From Dendrobates tinctorius (Eukaryota), in contig NW_027361908.1 in the NCBI RefSeq assembly GCF_039654945.1, positions 7,874,001 to 7,938,000 on the forward strand: 64,000 bases of DNA. Direction: 5' to 3'. Under the pieces are notes generated by a model. It did no database searches and had not been told where the DNA came from. It saw nothing but the letters and a program-made list of their open reading frames with translations. Positions 23,411 to 38,047 of the stretch are shown here, one piece after another (the stretch's first letter is position 1; every line of letters begins with the position of its first letter). The position numbers and the translations under genes are program-made.

Positions 23411-23723
23411 TACATTGGGGCCAAGGTAACCATACGTTACAGGTGGCCGTTTCATGCCCAAACTGCCATAATGGAAATGTGTCATCTTTAACTTTACTAC
23501 TATTAGAGAGATTAGTTCATCATCAACTTGCTTAACTGTTGACAATAACAGTTATTTTGACGAGCGATGCCCAAACTTTTACATGTCACTGTATAAAGCT
23601 TAAGCTGTTAGAATAGTCATCATGAGACCATATCTAATTTTCATACTTATTACATTCTGACTAGCTGTTCTTTGTAAATCTTTGAGATGCAGGAAGACAC
23701 GCTAGTTGTCATGTGACTGTAAA

Positions 23724-24161
23724 GGCCCCATTGCACATATCCCAGTGATCCCACCAACGATCCGACATGGATGGGATCGCTGAGGCATCGTTAGGCTGAT
23801 TGCTGGTGAGCTGTCACATAGACAGCCCCTCCAGCGATCAGGACCAGCGAGCAAGCTGGTTTCCAATGTAAACATTGGGTATGTAAGAGCCGCGCGGCTC
23901 TTGGATACCCAATGTTTACATTGGAAACCAGTGTCCAGCGTCGCTGATCACTGGTCTCTCACTGCCACACGCAGCGATGCACACTGGCCAGCAGGAGACC
24001 AGCAATAAAAAACGGCCCAGGACGATGGAACACGATCAGCGATACCCGGCAGGGGGGCCGGTCGCTGATCCCCGTCACACACAGTGATCTCGCTGGCGAG
24101 ATCGCTGTGGCATCACAAAATCAGCAATCTCGCTAGCGAGATCGCTGTGTGTGATGGGGCC
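23724..24161. mobile_element. PIF/Harbinger-type MITE
   Basis: GGCCCCAT...ATGGGGCC TIRs, internal palindrome and CAGCGATC/GATCGCTG motifs. Confidence 0.7.
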
Positions 24162-24427
24162 TTAAGGAAGATATTGCATATGAGTGGTTATGGGATCATA
24201 AATGGAATTAGGAAGCAAAGATAAATCCTTATATTAAGTAAATTACATTGTTAGGATTTGGCATGATACATTGCTTAACCCTTTCACAACATGCGCCATA
24301 CATGTACTGTACATGTCGTGTCTCTCCCTTTGATGTGGGCTCCGGTGCTGAGCCCACATCTTTTCCTGCATATGTCAGCTGTTCAAATCAGCTCTAACAG
24401 CCATGGGTGGAATCGCAATCCTCCCGT

Positions 24428-25292
24428 TGTTAGAGTTTGCGGATTGTGCCAAATGTAAATTAAGAGAAGGTGCGATTGCATCTGGGGTCCACCGTTCGGT
24501 GATGGAGAATCGCAGCTAGAGAACAATGGTGGAGCCTAGCTGCGAGTAAGTACTGTAAACACACCGAATTAAATGTCACTCGATGTGAACAGAGTGCAAG
24601 TTGCCTGACTCTTTTACTCCACAGAGCAGTACAAAAATTAAGAGCACTCTAAGCCATGCCCTGTTAGACGTCACAGGAGCATAGTGGAATTGACGTTAAT
24701 GGGGTCCCTATAACTCACCCCCTACTACATTGGTGATTGAACCTGCTCTGACATGCGGTGGTTTTTGAGCCCACGCCTGAGATGCTAAGTTCAAGCAGGA
24801 GTTCCCACCCTAAACTATCTATCAAGAAACACACTCATAGTGCTATTAGCAGCCCACCACACACACACACACACACACACAGAAAATACGCATAATACTA
24901 GCGCACCTGCATGCCTCTGAAAGCCTTTTATACACTAGGCTCATGTCCGGACAGACAGGAACTTGCCTGTGGACCAATCTGAAGCTGCCACATCACCAGA
25001 GCAGCTGATGTCCGAGCACCATTGAGAAGGTGCCATATCATGGACATGCTCAGTAGGGTAAAGCCTGTACTTAGGCTCCAGAGCATAACGCTGCACGTAT
25101 ACGCCAGTAGTCTCCATAGGCCTAGCTAGAGAGACAGCAGTAATTACACATACAGCAGGAGCCTGGGCAAGACCCTAGGACAGGAGTCTGTGCTGAGTAG
25201 TCATCCCAGTGGTCGAGCCTGAATGGGAGACCACTGCACCAGACAAGGCTTGGAATTTATCCCATGCAGTTGGATAATCTCGGTGCTTAACA
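24428..25292. mobile_element. Solo LTR inserted in a TTAACCC-type (piggyBac-like) non-autonomous element (~24275-25500)
   Basis: TGTTA...TAACA ends with TSD CCCGT/CCCAT (one CpG transition). The host hairpin AACAGCCATGGG...CCCATGGCTGTT is rejoined when the LTR is removed. Confidence 0.75.
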
Positions 25293-25499
25293 CCCATGGC
25301 TGTTAATCTTTTATATGCCTCTGTCAATCTCTGACAGCGGCATTTAATGTGATCGCACCGGAAGGGCGTCACTATTCCTGTCGATTGGCGCCTGTGTCAC
25401 ATGACTGTGGGTTGCCGATGGGATGGCATGACAACCCGGGGTCTGCAGCAGACCCTTGTGGTTGTCATTGCAAAGTTGCCTGAGGTTGGCGCTCATAGC

Positions 25500-25752
25500 A
25501 GCACAGAAATAATGCAATAGATAAGACAAGTGACGTGAAGCAGAATAATGACAATTCTGCTTCACGTCACTTGTCTTATCTAATCCATTATTTCTGTGCT
25601 GTATTGTGCATAAATATGTGATTCTTCAGATGTTGTATTAGTCTTTGCCTGATGAAGAGACCTGAGTAGTCTCGAAAGCTTGCAATGTGTTACCATCTTT
25701 TCAGTTAGCCATTAAAAGGTATCAACCACTGAGGACTCTCAATTTTAAATAT
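25500..25752 (+). mobile_element. Short Penelope-like 3' remnant with 5' inversion and hammerhead
   Basis: Inverted arms 25500-25546 and 25554-25600, followed by the hammerhead at 25645-25685. Confidence 0.6.
25645..25685 (+). ncRNA. Minimal hammerhead ribozyme motif
   Basis: ttgc-CTGATGA-A-GAGAC-ctgagta-GTCTC-GAAA-GC-TT-gcaa, with palindromic AAGCTT stem III. Confidence 0.78.
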
Positions 25753-27147
25753 GCATCCCTCTGTAAGAATTTTAATTTTCTTTACTTTTCAGAGTCAGTT
25801 ACATGTCTTTTTTGCCCCATTTTTCCTGATAAAAACAAGATGAGTAATAATTAGGAGCGCCTTGATAAAGAGGGTTGACATTCTATGGCCACAACCTTTC
25901 TCCCTCATTACATAAATGCACATCACCTGATATGCTTTAAGCCAATAACTTCATATTTGCCTTTTTTAGCTATAAATGCCTCACTGTCTGCTCAGATTAG
26001 CTATAACAACTACAATGTTCCTATCTTATGTGTTCTCCACCACACTCCAACCCTTCCATACTGGACCTCTCTTCACACTGTCTTATCACACTGTGTCTCG
26101 CCCTATACTGAAGATGGCCCATCCACCCTCTGTATACGATCCCCTCCTTGCTGTCCCCTAATACTATTCCCTTCACGCTGCTCCATTTCTATACTGCACC
26201 CCCCACTCTACTAAATCTTTATGCTATACCTCCTCACACATTTCCCCCCATACTGTCACTTCACACTTTTCTCCAAAAATAGCGTCCCCTTACACTTTTC
26301 CCCTTCTGGCTGGAGGAAATTTAACAACCAAAGCTAAAACCCCCACTAAAAGGATAAACCCTTACTAGATACACATTTAAAGCAGAAAAGATCTAAAATA
26401 ATGTAAAAGTAATTCAGCACACTTAATAGACAAAAAGTGAAAAGATACACATATAAGGAGAGTGCTGAATATTATTCTAATATTATGTGTGCCTAGTGTC
26501 AATGGGTGCTCTCATCCTCTGGCCCACCTGTCTTTAGAAAGACTGCGATGGCCCAGGCTCATCCCACTGAATGCTCCCACTCTTCTGTGGGCATAACACT
26601 ACTCAGACAACACAGAGTGAGAGTACCACAGTCCAGTAAGACTTTATTGCACAATCAACAGTCAACAGGATACAAGGTTTAGAACCTCTGCGATTTCAGT
26701 GAATCTAGGGCCAACTACCCCAGCCAGCAGCACCCTGCTTTAAGTGTGCAACCACTGAGAGGAGGTAGAGGCAAGATTAAGAAGCTTACCGAGTACAGCA
26801 AGGTATGTAGCCAGGTGGCTAGGTTATCCCAATCTGGGTTCTCCAAACAAATTCATTTGCTCAGTGTTGGGCAGTTTTGTAATCCACAAGCTGGAAACAA
26901 GGTTCCTAGGCTTAAGTCCTGTAGAATCAGACTGATGACAGTAATTACTGTCCCCTTACAAATTCCTTCCCTAATACTGTCACTTCAAATGATCCCCTAC
27001 CCCCCAAAAAAATCCTCTGTCTCTTTAGCTCCTATGTAGTGCTTAACTTACCATCGTTCTCTTGCTCTGTGGTGCTCAAGTTAACCTGATTATGATGCTG
27101 ATTTGGTCTTGAACCCAAAATTTCCAGTGGTGAGTGCTTTAAATATA

Positions 27148-28230
27148 TAGAATCATATAATCATAGAATTTTAGAGTTGGACGGGACCTCCAGGGTCATC
27201 ATATCCAACCCCCTGAACAATGCAAGATTCACTAAACCATCTCAGACAGATGTCTGTACAGCCACTGTTTGAAGACTTTCACTGAAGGAGAACTCACCGC
27301 CTCTCGTGGCAGCCTGTTCCACTCATTGATCACACTCACTTTCAAAAGGTTTTTCTAAAATCTAATCTGTATCTTTTCCCTTTCAAATGCATTCCATTGC
27401 TTCTCATGTTTCCATGGACAAATGAAATTAAGGATGATCCCTCTACACTGTGACATCTCTTCAGATATTTGTTCTTTTTTGTAAGCTAAATATTTCAAGA
27501 TCCTTTCACTGTTCCATGTAGGACATATGAGTCCCTTCACCATCCTGGTAGCTCGTCTCTGGACTTGCTCCAGTTTTTCAATGTCTTTTTTAAATGAGGT
27601 GCTTAGAACTGGACACAAAATTCCAGATAAGGCCTGACCAAGGAGCTGTAGAGAGGGATAATTTATTCATGTGATTTAGACTCTATGCTTCTTTTAATGC
27701 ATCCTAGAACTGTTTGCCTTTTTTGCTGCTTCATCACACTGTTGACTCATGTGCTGTCTGTGATCCATTAGTATACCCAAATCTTTTCCCCCACATGCTA
27801 TTGCTTAGTTCTAATCCTCCCATTCTGTAGATGTAATTTTCATTTTTCTTGACCAGATTTAGAATCTTACATTTCTCCCTCTTAAATACCATTCTGTTAG
27901 TCGCTGCCCATTGTTCAAACTTAATTAGATCCCTCTGGATCCTTTCACTATCTTCTATAGAGTTACCTATCCTTCCTAGCTTTGCATCATTTGCAAATTT
28001 GATTAGTATACATTCTGTTTCCTTATCTAAATCACTTATAAAAATATTGAACAACACTGGGGCCAGGACAGAGCCTTGTGGTACCTTACTTGAAACACTT
28101 CCAATTGGATGTGCTACCATTTATTACCACTCTTTGAGTGCGATCACTTAGCCAGTTATGAATTCACCTATCCGTAGCCTTGTCAATCCTATGCTTGGTT
28201 ATTTTTTCAATAAGATTTGCTGAAGTCGAG
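27148..28230 (-). mobile_element. CR1 LINE 3' fragment
   Basis: (ATAGAATC)n tail. RT remnant VPQGSVLAPVLFNIFISDLD...KFANDAKL and IEKLEQVQRRATRMV. Confidence 0.9.
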
Positions 28231-30559
28231 ATATATTATATATATATATACTATATATTCTATATGTTCTACCAGGGCAAAATGCTGACACTTGGGAGAC
28301 ACCTCGGACCACCATTTGTGTTCCCCTGTTGGTTGTGTCTAGAGAAAATGCCCAGTCTGCTCCCACATAGTTCCTACTCTACAGAAAAGCAAACACTGGT
28401 TTGTAATGTGCTAGCAATTTTTTGTGAATGCAAGTTTCAGAAAATGTCAGTTTTATATGTTAGCATTTTTCTTGTGCGCATATATAACAGGGGACTTTTT
28501 CCTGTGTGTAATTTTCATGAAATAATTTGTGGTTATTTTACAATGGCTACAATGGCAAATAACATTTCTAATGTTCAGAAAAGCTGAGGTCATTTTACTT
28601 AATTTTTTTCTGCCTTTGCTGAACTCAATATGTCCTTTAATGCTCCTTTTTGTTCGCCCTGACAGTCACTATGGCTATGGCACAGCTTCTAACTCTTTTA
28701 GTTTCCTTGGTGAAGTGTTTCAAAACTACAGTTCATGTTTGCCAAGATTTCTTTTCTTCTAGTGAACACAAAACCAGTCATTACATGTACAAAGTTAGAA
28801 AGAGGAGGTAATAGCATTTAAATAAATGTATTACAACAGAAATGCTTAGTGTTTTGGCTTTTGTGAATGCATGTACCTCCAGACAATCATTAAAGTTGGA
28901 TTATAAAAGAATGAATAAGTTGTTGGAAGTTTGTGCCATTGTCAGAAATCCGAAATTCTTACAATGCTTAATTGTAAAGCATCCGGGAAGGTTATTGAAG
29001 GGTCTAAGGTGAGGATACAAGAATTAGGAGTACTGGGTACAATAATTTTTGAATAATATAAAGGCACATATGATATATTTAATCTGGAAATCCATTATCC
29101 TGAGAACTCTGTACAGCCAATGAGAAGAAAGAGTAAATAACTGAATGATAACAACATACACCAAGCAGAACATGACTACATGTTATTATATCTCAAAGAC
29201 ACAGAGGAGTTTTGCTGAATAATGTAACAAGGTAGGGACTAACAGGAACATATAGAAGAAGAATGAGATGTAAAAGGAGATTATTTCAAAGGTATTGCTC
29301 AAAATAAAATTAACTCCTCTATTTAACATTTGGTCATGCATCACATTTGTGTCATACAGTTCTACAATGTAAATTTGGCAGTTTTCCAAATGTAAAAACC
29401 AAGAGATTGTCGTGTTTATTGAAATATTAATATATTATGACTAAAAGTTACCATGACCTTGGTAATTACAGTATTACAAATCTTTTATTTCATGTGCATT
29501 ACACGATTTAGCTGATGCCAAAACCGTAATAAAGAGAATACTGCATAGGGCCTCATTCAGATTTCAGTGATTTTTCTCATCAAATTTTCAACAATGTTTG
29601 ATCAGTGTTTCAATTTTGATTATCAATGTTTTATCAGTGATTTCTTACAAGCAAAAAATCCATCGAAAGCTTCTCCAGTCAATTACAATGTTAAAAATGG
29701 ACAATAAATGGTTTGCACACAGACATTCTTTCAATGCTTTTCTCGGACCCGTAGACTTGCATAGGATAGTTTGATCTGTGACTCGGAAGAAAAAGATAGA
29801 ACTCTGTTTCTTTTTCTCAACGACACAGTCTGTGAAAAAGCAGGGCAAGTGAACAGCTCTACAATCTATAAGTTTGTATACATAGCAAACATGGATAGAA
29901 TATTTCCAGTACTTATAAAAAACAGAAAAAACTATACAATAATTAAAGGCTTCCATACACAATAGATAGATGTTGGCCAAACAATCATTTGGCTGTCAGT
30001 TACCACTTCCAACTCCTCCATGCAAAAGAACTTTCGGCTCAGAGGAACATAAATGTGTTTTCAAAAGGAAGAACAAAAAAAGCTGCTGCCAGACAGTTCT
30101 GGCAGATGCTTATTTCCAGAATGACAAAGGGTCTGGCTTCAAAATGTAAACAATTAAATCCTTATCTTTCCCATGTGCTAGTGGTTTCATCATTGCTGAA
30201 TGGAGTTGAAATAAAAATGTACCGGAAAACACCTGTAAAAAAAAGTCACAACAAAAACACTTGAAACATGCTCAAAACATTTCTGGCAGCCAAAATGTTG
30301 AAGACGGGATCAGGAAATGAAAAAGAAAAACTATAAAATAGATGTTTCAGGAAAAAGGATGCCACGTTTACTGAAGTTTCTGTCTCCTGAAAAACTGTCA
30401 GTTCACCCACAGAGAAAAGGGAAACATAGGAATCAATGATCCCTAAAGGTGATAGTATAGACATAAATCTATATATAATACTAATTGCTCTTGTCAGTGA
30501 CAAGCATTGAGCTCCCTTTAGAAAGTTTACCGGAGTTCATAGCTGAATCTTGGTGACCT

Positions 30560-31490
30560 CAGTGAACTTATTTATTATTTTTCTTTTTTTGCTTGGGACA
30601 TGGATATCGGTGGATTAGGTGTAAGGTGAGTATTTTGGTTTTTTATTTTGTTTTTTTTTCATACAGGAGACAAGGGCTTCAATGGAATGGGCGTGAGGTG
30701 AATATAACTGTGCTTTTTATTTTTATTCCAATGTCAGCGGACATGAAACAATTGACATCAACCCCACAACCATTACCCCACTTGCCACCACTCCAGGGCA
30801 AGTGGGAAGAGCCGACAAAGCATCAGAATTGACACGCACCTTTTCTGGGGTGGCTGTGGCCTGCTATTTATAGGCTGAGGGAGCAATAACCATTGCCCCT
30901 TACCAGCCTAAGAAAACCAGCCTCCAGCTCTCTGCTTAAGCTTGGCTGGTTGTAAAAATGTAGGGAATCCCACACCTTTTTGTATTATTTATTTAAATAA
31001 TTAAAAAAACAGTGTGAGTACCCCACTAATCTTGATAATTAGCCATGATAAAGCTGACAGCTGAGGGTTGCAACCCGCAGCTGTCAATATTGCCTGCACT
31101 AGTTATCAAAAATAGAAGAGACACCACATCATTTTTGTATTTATTTATTTATAGCACAAACACTGCTGATGAATACTCCCATAAGCGGCGTCTGCTCCCA
31201 CTGTTTTCAGCTACAGCTGATATAGGCTGTCATTTTTACTGTGGTTTACAGCTGCTGGCTCATGCTGTCATCTGACAGCGTGAGAATTGCAGCTCTCTGG
31301 CTGGTGGTAATTATCTTCCCACCAATCAGAGCCACTGGTCTTTCTTGCGCTGTCATGCAGATGACAGCATGGGAAACACCAGAACTTTGGGTGCCAAACG
31401 CAAACAATAACACAGACTTCCTGGAGAAGTCCGTGTTTGGGATCTGTACCCGAATACTAGGTATTTTGTAAAGACCCCGAACTATCCAAG
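30560..31490. mobile_element. Degenerate non-autonomous DNA transposon-like repeat
   Basis: Internal hairpins (TGACAGCTG...CAGCTGTCA) and CCGAA-rich end motifs. Boundaries uncertain. Confidence 0.35.
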
Positions 31491-32234
31491 AGTTATCACA
31501 CCAGGACTCTTGGTACAGCAGTCTACCTTAATTACTACTATAAATTTGGGCATGAAAGGCATTTGACTCTGCCACAAGGTGAGTTTCCCATATTTGGGAC
31601 CATCTTTCATATTCTATAATGCAATTCAATACTTGGCAGGCTAGCAAGAAATACTCACTAAATAATTTTATTTATAAATGATGATAGCATATGCTGCTAT
31701 GCTGCAGTGATTTAATTACAATTTTTACCACCATATTGCAACTTCAAAGTTACTATGACCTTAACATCTCTGAAAACTGTACTATAACTTAACAAATTCT
31801 TCATGATTCACGGGTCACAAGTCAAAATATATTATACAGTGCCACATAATACACGACTTAAGGCTTTTTTTTACTATTGTGCTAAGATAGGTAGTTACTA
31901 ACTGCCTGTTCTGCCCTGAGATGAAATGTTTCTGTTCAGAGTAGTCACAGAACACTCCTGCTGGCGAATCTTCTTCTAGTGATATCACATCGACAGAGCA
32001 GCTTCTTCTCTACCACTCTGCTTGGGGAGTCTCTGCAGATGTCATTTTGATTGCCAGCCAGCTTGCCTGACTGCGGGGGACTGCCTGTCAATCTGCATTG
32101 TCAGCAGAGACAGCATTGACAAAGCAGAGAGGAAAACCTGCTCTGTAGACATGAGGTCAAAAGAAGCAAGGGAGTCACCATCTGAGCCAATAGATATCAA
32201 TGCAGGGCAGAACAAGGCAGGTGGTTAGCAGATA

Positions 32235-33817
<1,583 letters not shown>

Positions 33818-33970
33818 TACCTGCCTGTAATTTGTTAGTCCAATAGAAAAAAACATTAGTTACAGATAACCATGTAAAATATGGTAGGTCAAGCATAAAA
33901 GCATTTTAATGTGAATAATGGAGTCGCAAAGGTAATTCAAAGGCCAAAAGTCTTATTGTGGAACAGGCAC

Positions 33971-35530
33971 ATTATTATTATTATTTATTATTATAGCACC
34001 ATTTATGCCATGGCGCTTTACATGTGAGGAGGGGTATACATAATACATACAAGTACAGTAATCTTAAATAAGTCATGACTGGTACAGGATGAGAGAGGAC
34101 CCTGCCTGCGAGGGTTAACAATCTGCAAGGAATGGATGAAGATACAGAAGGGGGTTAGGCATGTCATGCAGCGGTTTGGTGGATTGTGGTAACTGCAGGT
34201 TATAGGCTTGTCGGAAGAGGTAGGTCTTCAGGTTCTTTTTGAAGGTTTCCATGGTAGGCAAGAGTCTGATATGTTGTGGTAGAGAGTTCCAGAGTAGGGG
34301 GGATGCGCGGGAAAAGTCTTGTATGCGATTGTGGGAAGAGGAGATAATAGGGAAGTACAGAAGGAGATCTTGTGAGGGGAGGTTTCATGCAGGTAAGTAC
34401 CAGGAGACGAGGTCACAGATGTATGGAGGACTCAGGTTGTGGATGGCTTTGTATATCATGGTTAGGGTTTTAAACTGGAGTCTTTGGGTAATGGGGAGCC
34501 AGTGCAGGGATTGACAGGGGAGAGGCCAGGTAATAGCGGGAGGACAGGTGGATTAGTCGGGCAGCAGAGTTTAGAATAGATTGGAGGGCTGTGAGAGTGT
34601 TAGAGGGGAGGCTACAGTACAGGAGGTTGCAGTAGTCAAGGCGGGAGATGATGAGGGCATGGACTATGGTTTTTGCAGATTCTTGGTTGAGGAATATACG
34701 GATCCGTGAAATATTTTTGAGTTGAAGTTGGCAGGAAGTGGAAAGGGCTTGGATATGTGGTTTGAAAGAGAGATCAGTGTCAAGGATAACCCCGAGGCAG
34801 TGAGCTTGTGGGACTGGAGAGAGTGGGCAGCCATTTACTTTAATGGATAGGTCCGTTGGGGGGTCACGTGAGATGGGGGAAAGATGATTAATTCTGTTTT
34901 GTCCATATTAAGTTTTAGTCATCTAGCGGAGAAGAAGGATGAAATAGCAGACAGATATTGAGGGATTCTGTTTAGTAGGGAGGTGATATCTGGTCTAGAG
35001 ATGTAGATCTGTGTGTCATCAGCATAGAGTTGATACTGAAAGCCATGAGATTCTATGAGCTGTCCAAGGCCGAAGGTGTAAATGGAGAAGAGCAGGGGCC
35101 CTAGGACTGAACCTTGTGGGACTCCGTCCGATAGGGGGCGTGGTGAGGAGGTGGTGTGCGAGTGGGAGACGCTGAATGTCCAGTCTGTTAGGTATGACGC
35201 AATCCAAGATAGGGCCAAGTCTGTGATACCAAGAGATGAGAGGGTCTGTAGTAATAGGGAATGGTACACTGTGTCAAAGGCAGAGGACAGGTCCAGGAGG
35301 AGGAGGACAGAGTAGTGTCACTTGGCCTTGGCAGCTAGTAGGTCATTGGTGACCTTAGTTAGGGCCGTTTCAGTGGAGTGGTGTGGCCGGAAGCCAGATT
35401 GTAATCGGTCAAGGAGGGAGCAGAAGAGAGGTGGGAGGACAGTTCAAGATGGATGTGTTGCTCCAGTAGTTTTGAGGCATGGGGAGAAGTGATATAGGGT
35501 GATAGCTAGATACAAAGGATTGGTCTAGAT
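33971..35530 (-). mobile_element. L2-clade LINE 3' fragment
   Basis: (ATT)n tail on the + strand. [19 protein letters not shown]...YADDTQIY (ORF 34919-35269). Confidence 0.88.
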
Positions 35531-37879
35531 AGGGCACATTAAGGGAAGGTCACGGTTTACTCCGATTCTTCATTGATATTAAGATTATATAATATGAAAA
35601 AACTAAGATCAGGAAATCATCCTGTCAGTCTCCAGTATTTTTTTTTACAGAGTAGCTGGTAACGCCATACCATGTGAAATAGATAAAACTACAGTTTTCA
35701 CGTTTGTTTATATACATTAGAATTAGTGACAGGCCGATCTGATAAATTTAGAATTTCACAAATTGAAAACATTTTGTTGGCAAATATGATGCAAGATGAA
35801 GTTATTCTCTGCAAATTGAATGTTCCTGGTACCAGTGCATAATAAACATAAGAAAGAAAAAGAATACTCATGTTCACTTTACTGCTTTCCTTGATGGCTG
35901 CCCCCACTGCCCCCAGCCCTCTGTTCTCTGTGGCTCAATCATGCCACATCTCGGGCCCGACATTCACTCTAACCAGGGACTCTGAACTTGTGCCAGCCCC
36001 AGACATCACTGTACATGCGCCGTGCCCTTACTAGGCCTGTTCACGTATGGAAGACCCAGGCTAGAGTGAACACCGGGCTGTAACTCCCAGGCTCCAAAGG
36101 TTACTGTGCATTTGCAGTGACCTCATGGACCTTCGTATGGCTGGAAGCTCCAGTCTGAAGTGAAAACCGGGCCAGACATGGGACGCAATATGAAATGACT
36201 GGGCTGGCTATAGAGTTTAGCATGTTGTTCTTACCTTTTATTCCTTTGAAAGCCCTCTATTGTTCAACAAGATGGAGTCGTCATTTAGCCGCCATTATGC
36301 TGATTTTGTGCAGAGCAAATTTTAAAAAATTGCGTTATTCAGAAAGCTGAGTTTTGAAAAAAATTGATAAGAATTTACTTCCACTCAAATAAAGTTGCCC
36401 ATTTCTAATTAGAATCACCAGAAGCCAGAAGTATCTTTGGTCTGAGTGCTTTTGACATGATGTTTTAAAGCAGTTTTTATGCACCTTTTTGAAACCAATG
36501 TCAGGAGTAAATCATAAATAAGGAAAGGTATATAGACAATAATTCTACCTGCACAACAAACCACTATTTTGCTGTTTATATATTTACCAACTAAATTGTA
36601 ACTGTGAACTTGGTTCATTTGTTTAGTGTATTGTCAACATACTTTAATTGTATTTTTCGTATATTGTTTTAACTCTTAATATTCTTGTATGTTTTCTTTT
36701 GTAGCATAGAGGCTCTGATGTAATTGATAAGTGTTTGATAAGTGTATCTATATAGCCTGGTGTTTACATTTTGCAGTAGGAGAATAACATATTTGTGGAT
36801 CTCCACATTGTAGTATATATTTGCATATTTCTGTAGTCATGCTATCTTCCTAATCCTTGTGTTTAAATGATCTGAAGAATGAATAGTCATTCTTGAAGGA
36901 AGTTTAATAATCAAAACTGCTGCAAGACTTTGTGTGCTGTCTTTGCAGTGTTGAATGAAAGCAACAACAAAGATTTGATTATAGATACATAGCTAAAAGC
37001 ATGGATTAATGAAAATACCATAATTTATGGTTTGAGAAACTCTCCATACGTTCTAATAAACATGAGAGGAAAATTTTATTTTGGGAGCTTAAATCTCTAT
37101 AGATAAGTAGAATTGTGGTCAAAAATATGTGGCAGTCAAAAAATAATCAAAATACAAACATCTTTATTAGTTATTAAACATATAGGACTTGATAAGGTAA
37201 TAAATACCACAAATTACAAAAAGTAAATAGCAAAAGTACAGTATATAAAACCAAGCGGATAGTGATACCGATAGTGATACATGTCATAAATGTAAATGAC
37301 CGGAACAGAAGATTTTCTACAGAAAATAGTCAGTCTGTGAATAGCAGATTATGGTAAAATTAGAGGGGTAAGCATAAGCTCATAGCATACACAATGGTGC
37401 ATAAGACAGCCACCAACCTAATGGTGGTAGTATGATAATACATTTTAACTGCAATGCCCAAAAATCCCATTGATTTGATTTTATTAAAGGAGTTGTCCTG
37501 TCAAAAGTGAAAAGTCTGCAGTCACTCTGTGTGACTGCAGACTTGCGAAACCTTCGAGTGCATGCACTGTCCTCTTCAATGATTTTCCATTGTCTGCTAC
37601 AGGAATGCTGATCAAGTATGCAATATGCTTATGCACATGCAGGATCTGTTTAGTGGGCAGGACCTTGCTCAATACACCGATTTCAATTGTTTTCATCCCA
37701 CAGTGCTGCCTTTGCAAAATTTCATTATCAGATCATTTCATTAACAATATTCACACCCAATGACTAGAACCTCTCCCACTGTGCACATTAACAATTTTAG
37801 GGAGGTCTTGGAGCTGCCACAAGATGAATCCAAATTAGACAAGCCAATTCACATGTAGAGGGTGCACGTCCAAGCTAGT

Positions 37880-38047
37880 TAGCGTAGGGGAATCAGGAAA
37901 AAAATAAGACTGATGGCACTCCAGGAATAAGAAAAAAAGATATATATTTTATTGTGGCAAATCAAACCATATTAAAATCAAATTACCTGATGTGTTTCGA
38001 GTGTCTAGTGTGCACTCTTAGTCCTATGATTGATTTGCCAAAAAAAG
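37880..38047 (-). mobile_element. Penelope-like pLTR remnant with degenerate hammerhead; inverted arm continues at 39563-39605
   Basis: GGCACTCCAGGAATAAG... is mirrored by ...CTTATTCCTGGAGTGCC at 39577-39595. GAGTG...CACTC-GAAACACATC on the - strand at ~37986-38025. Confidence 0.5.
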
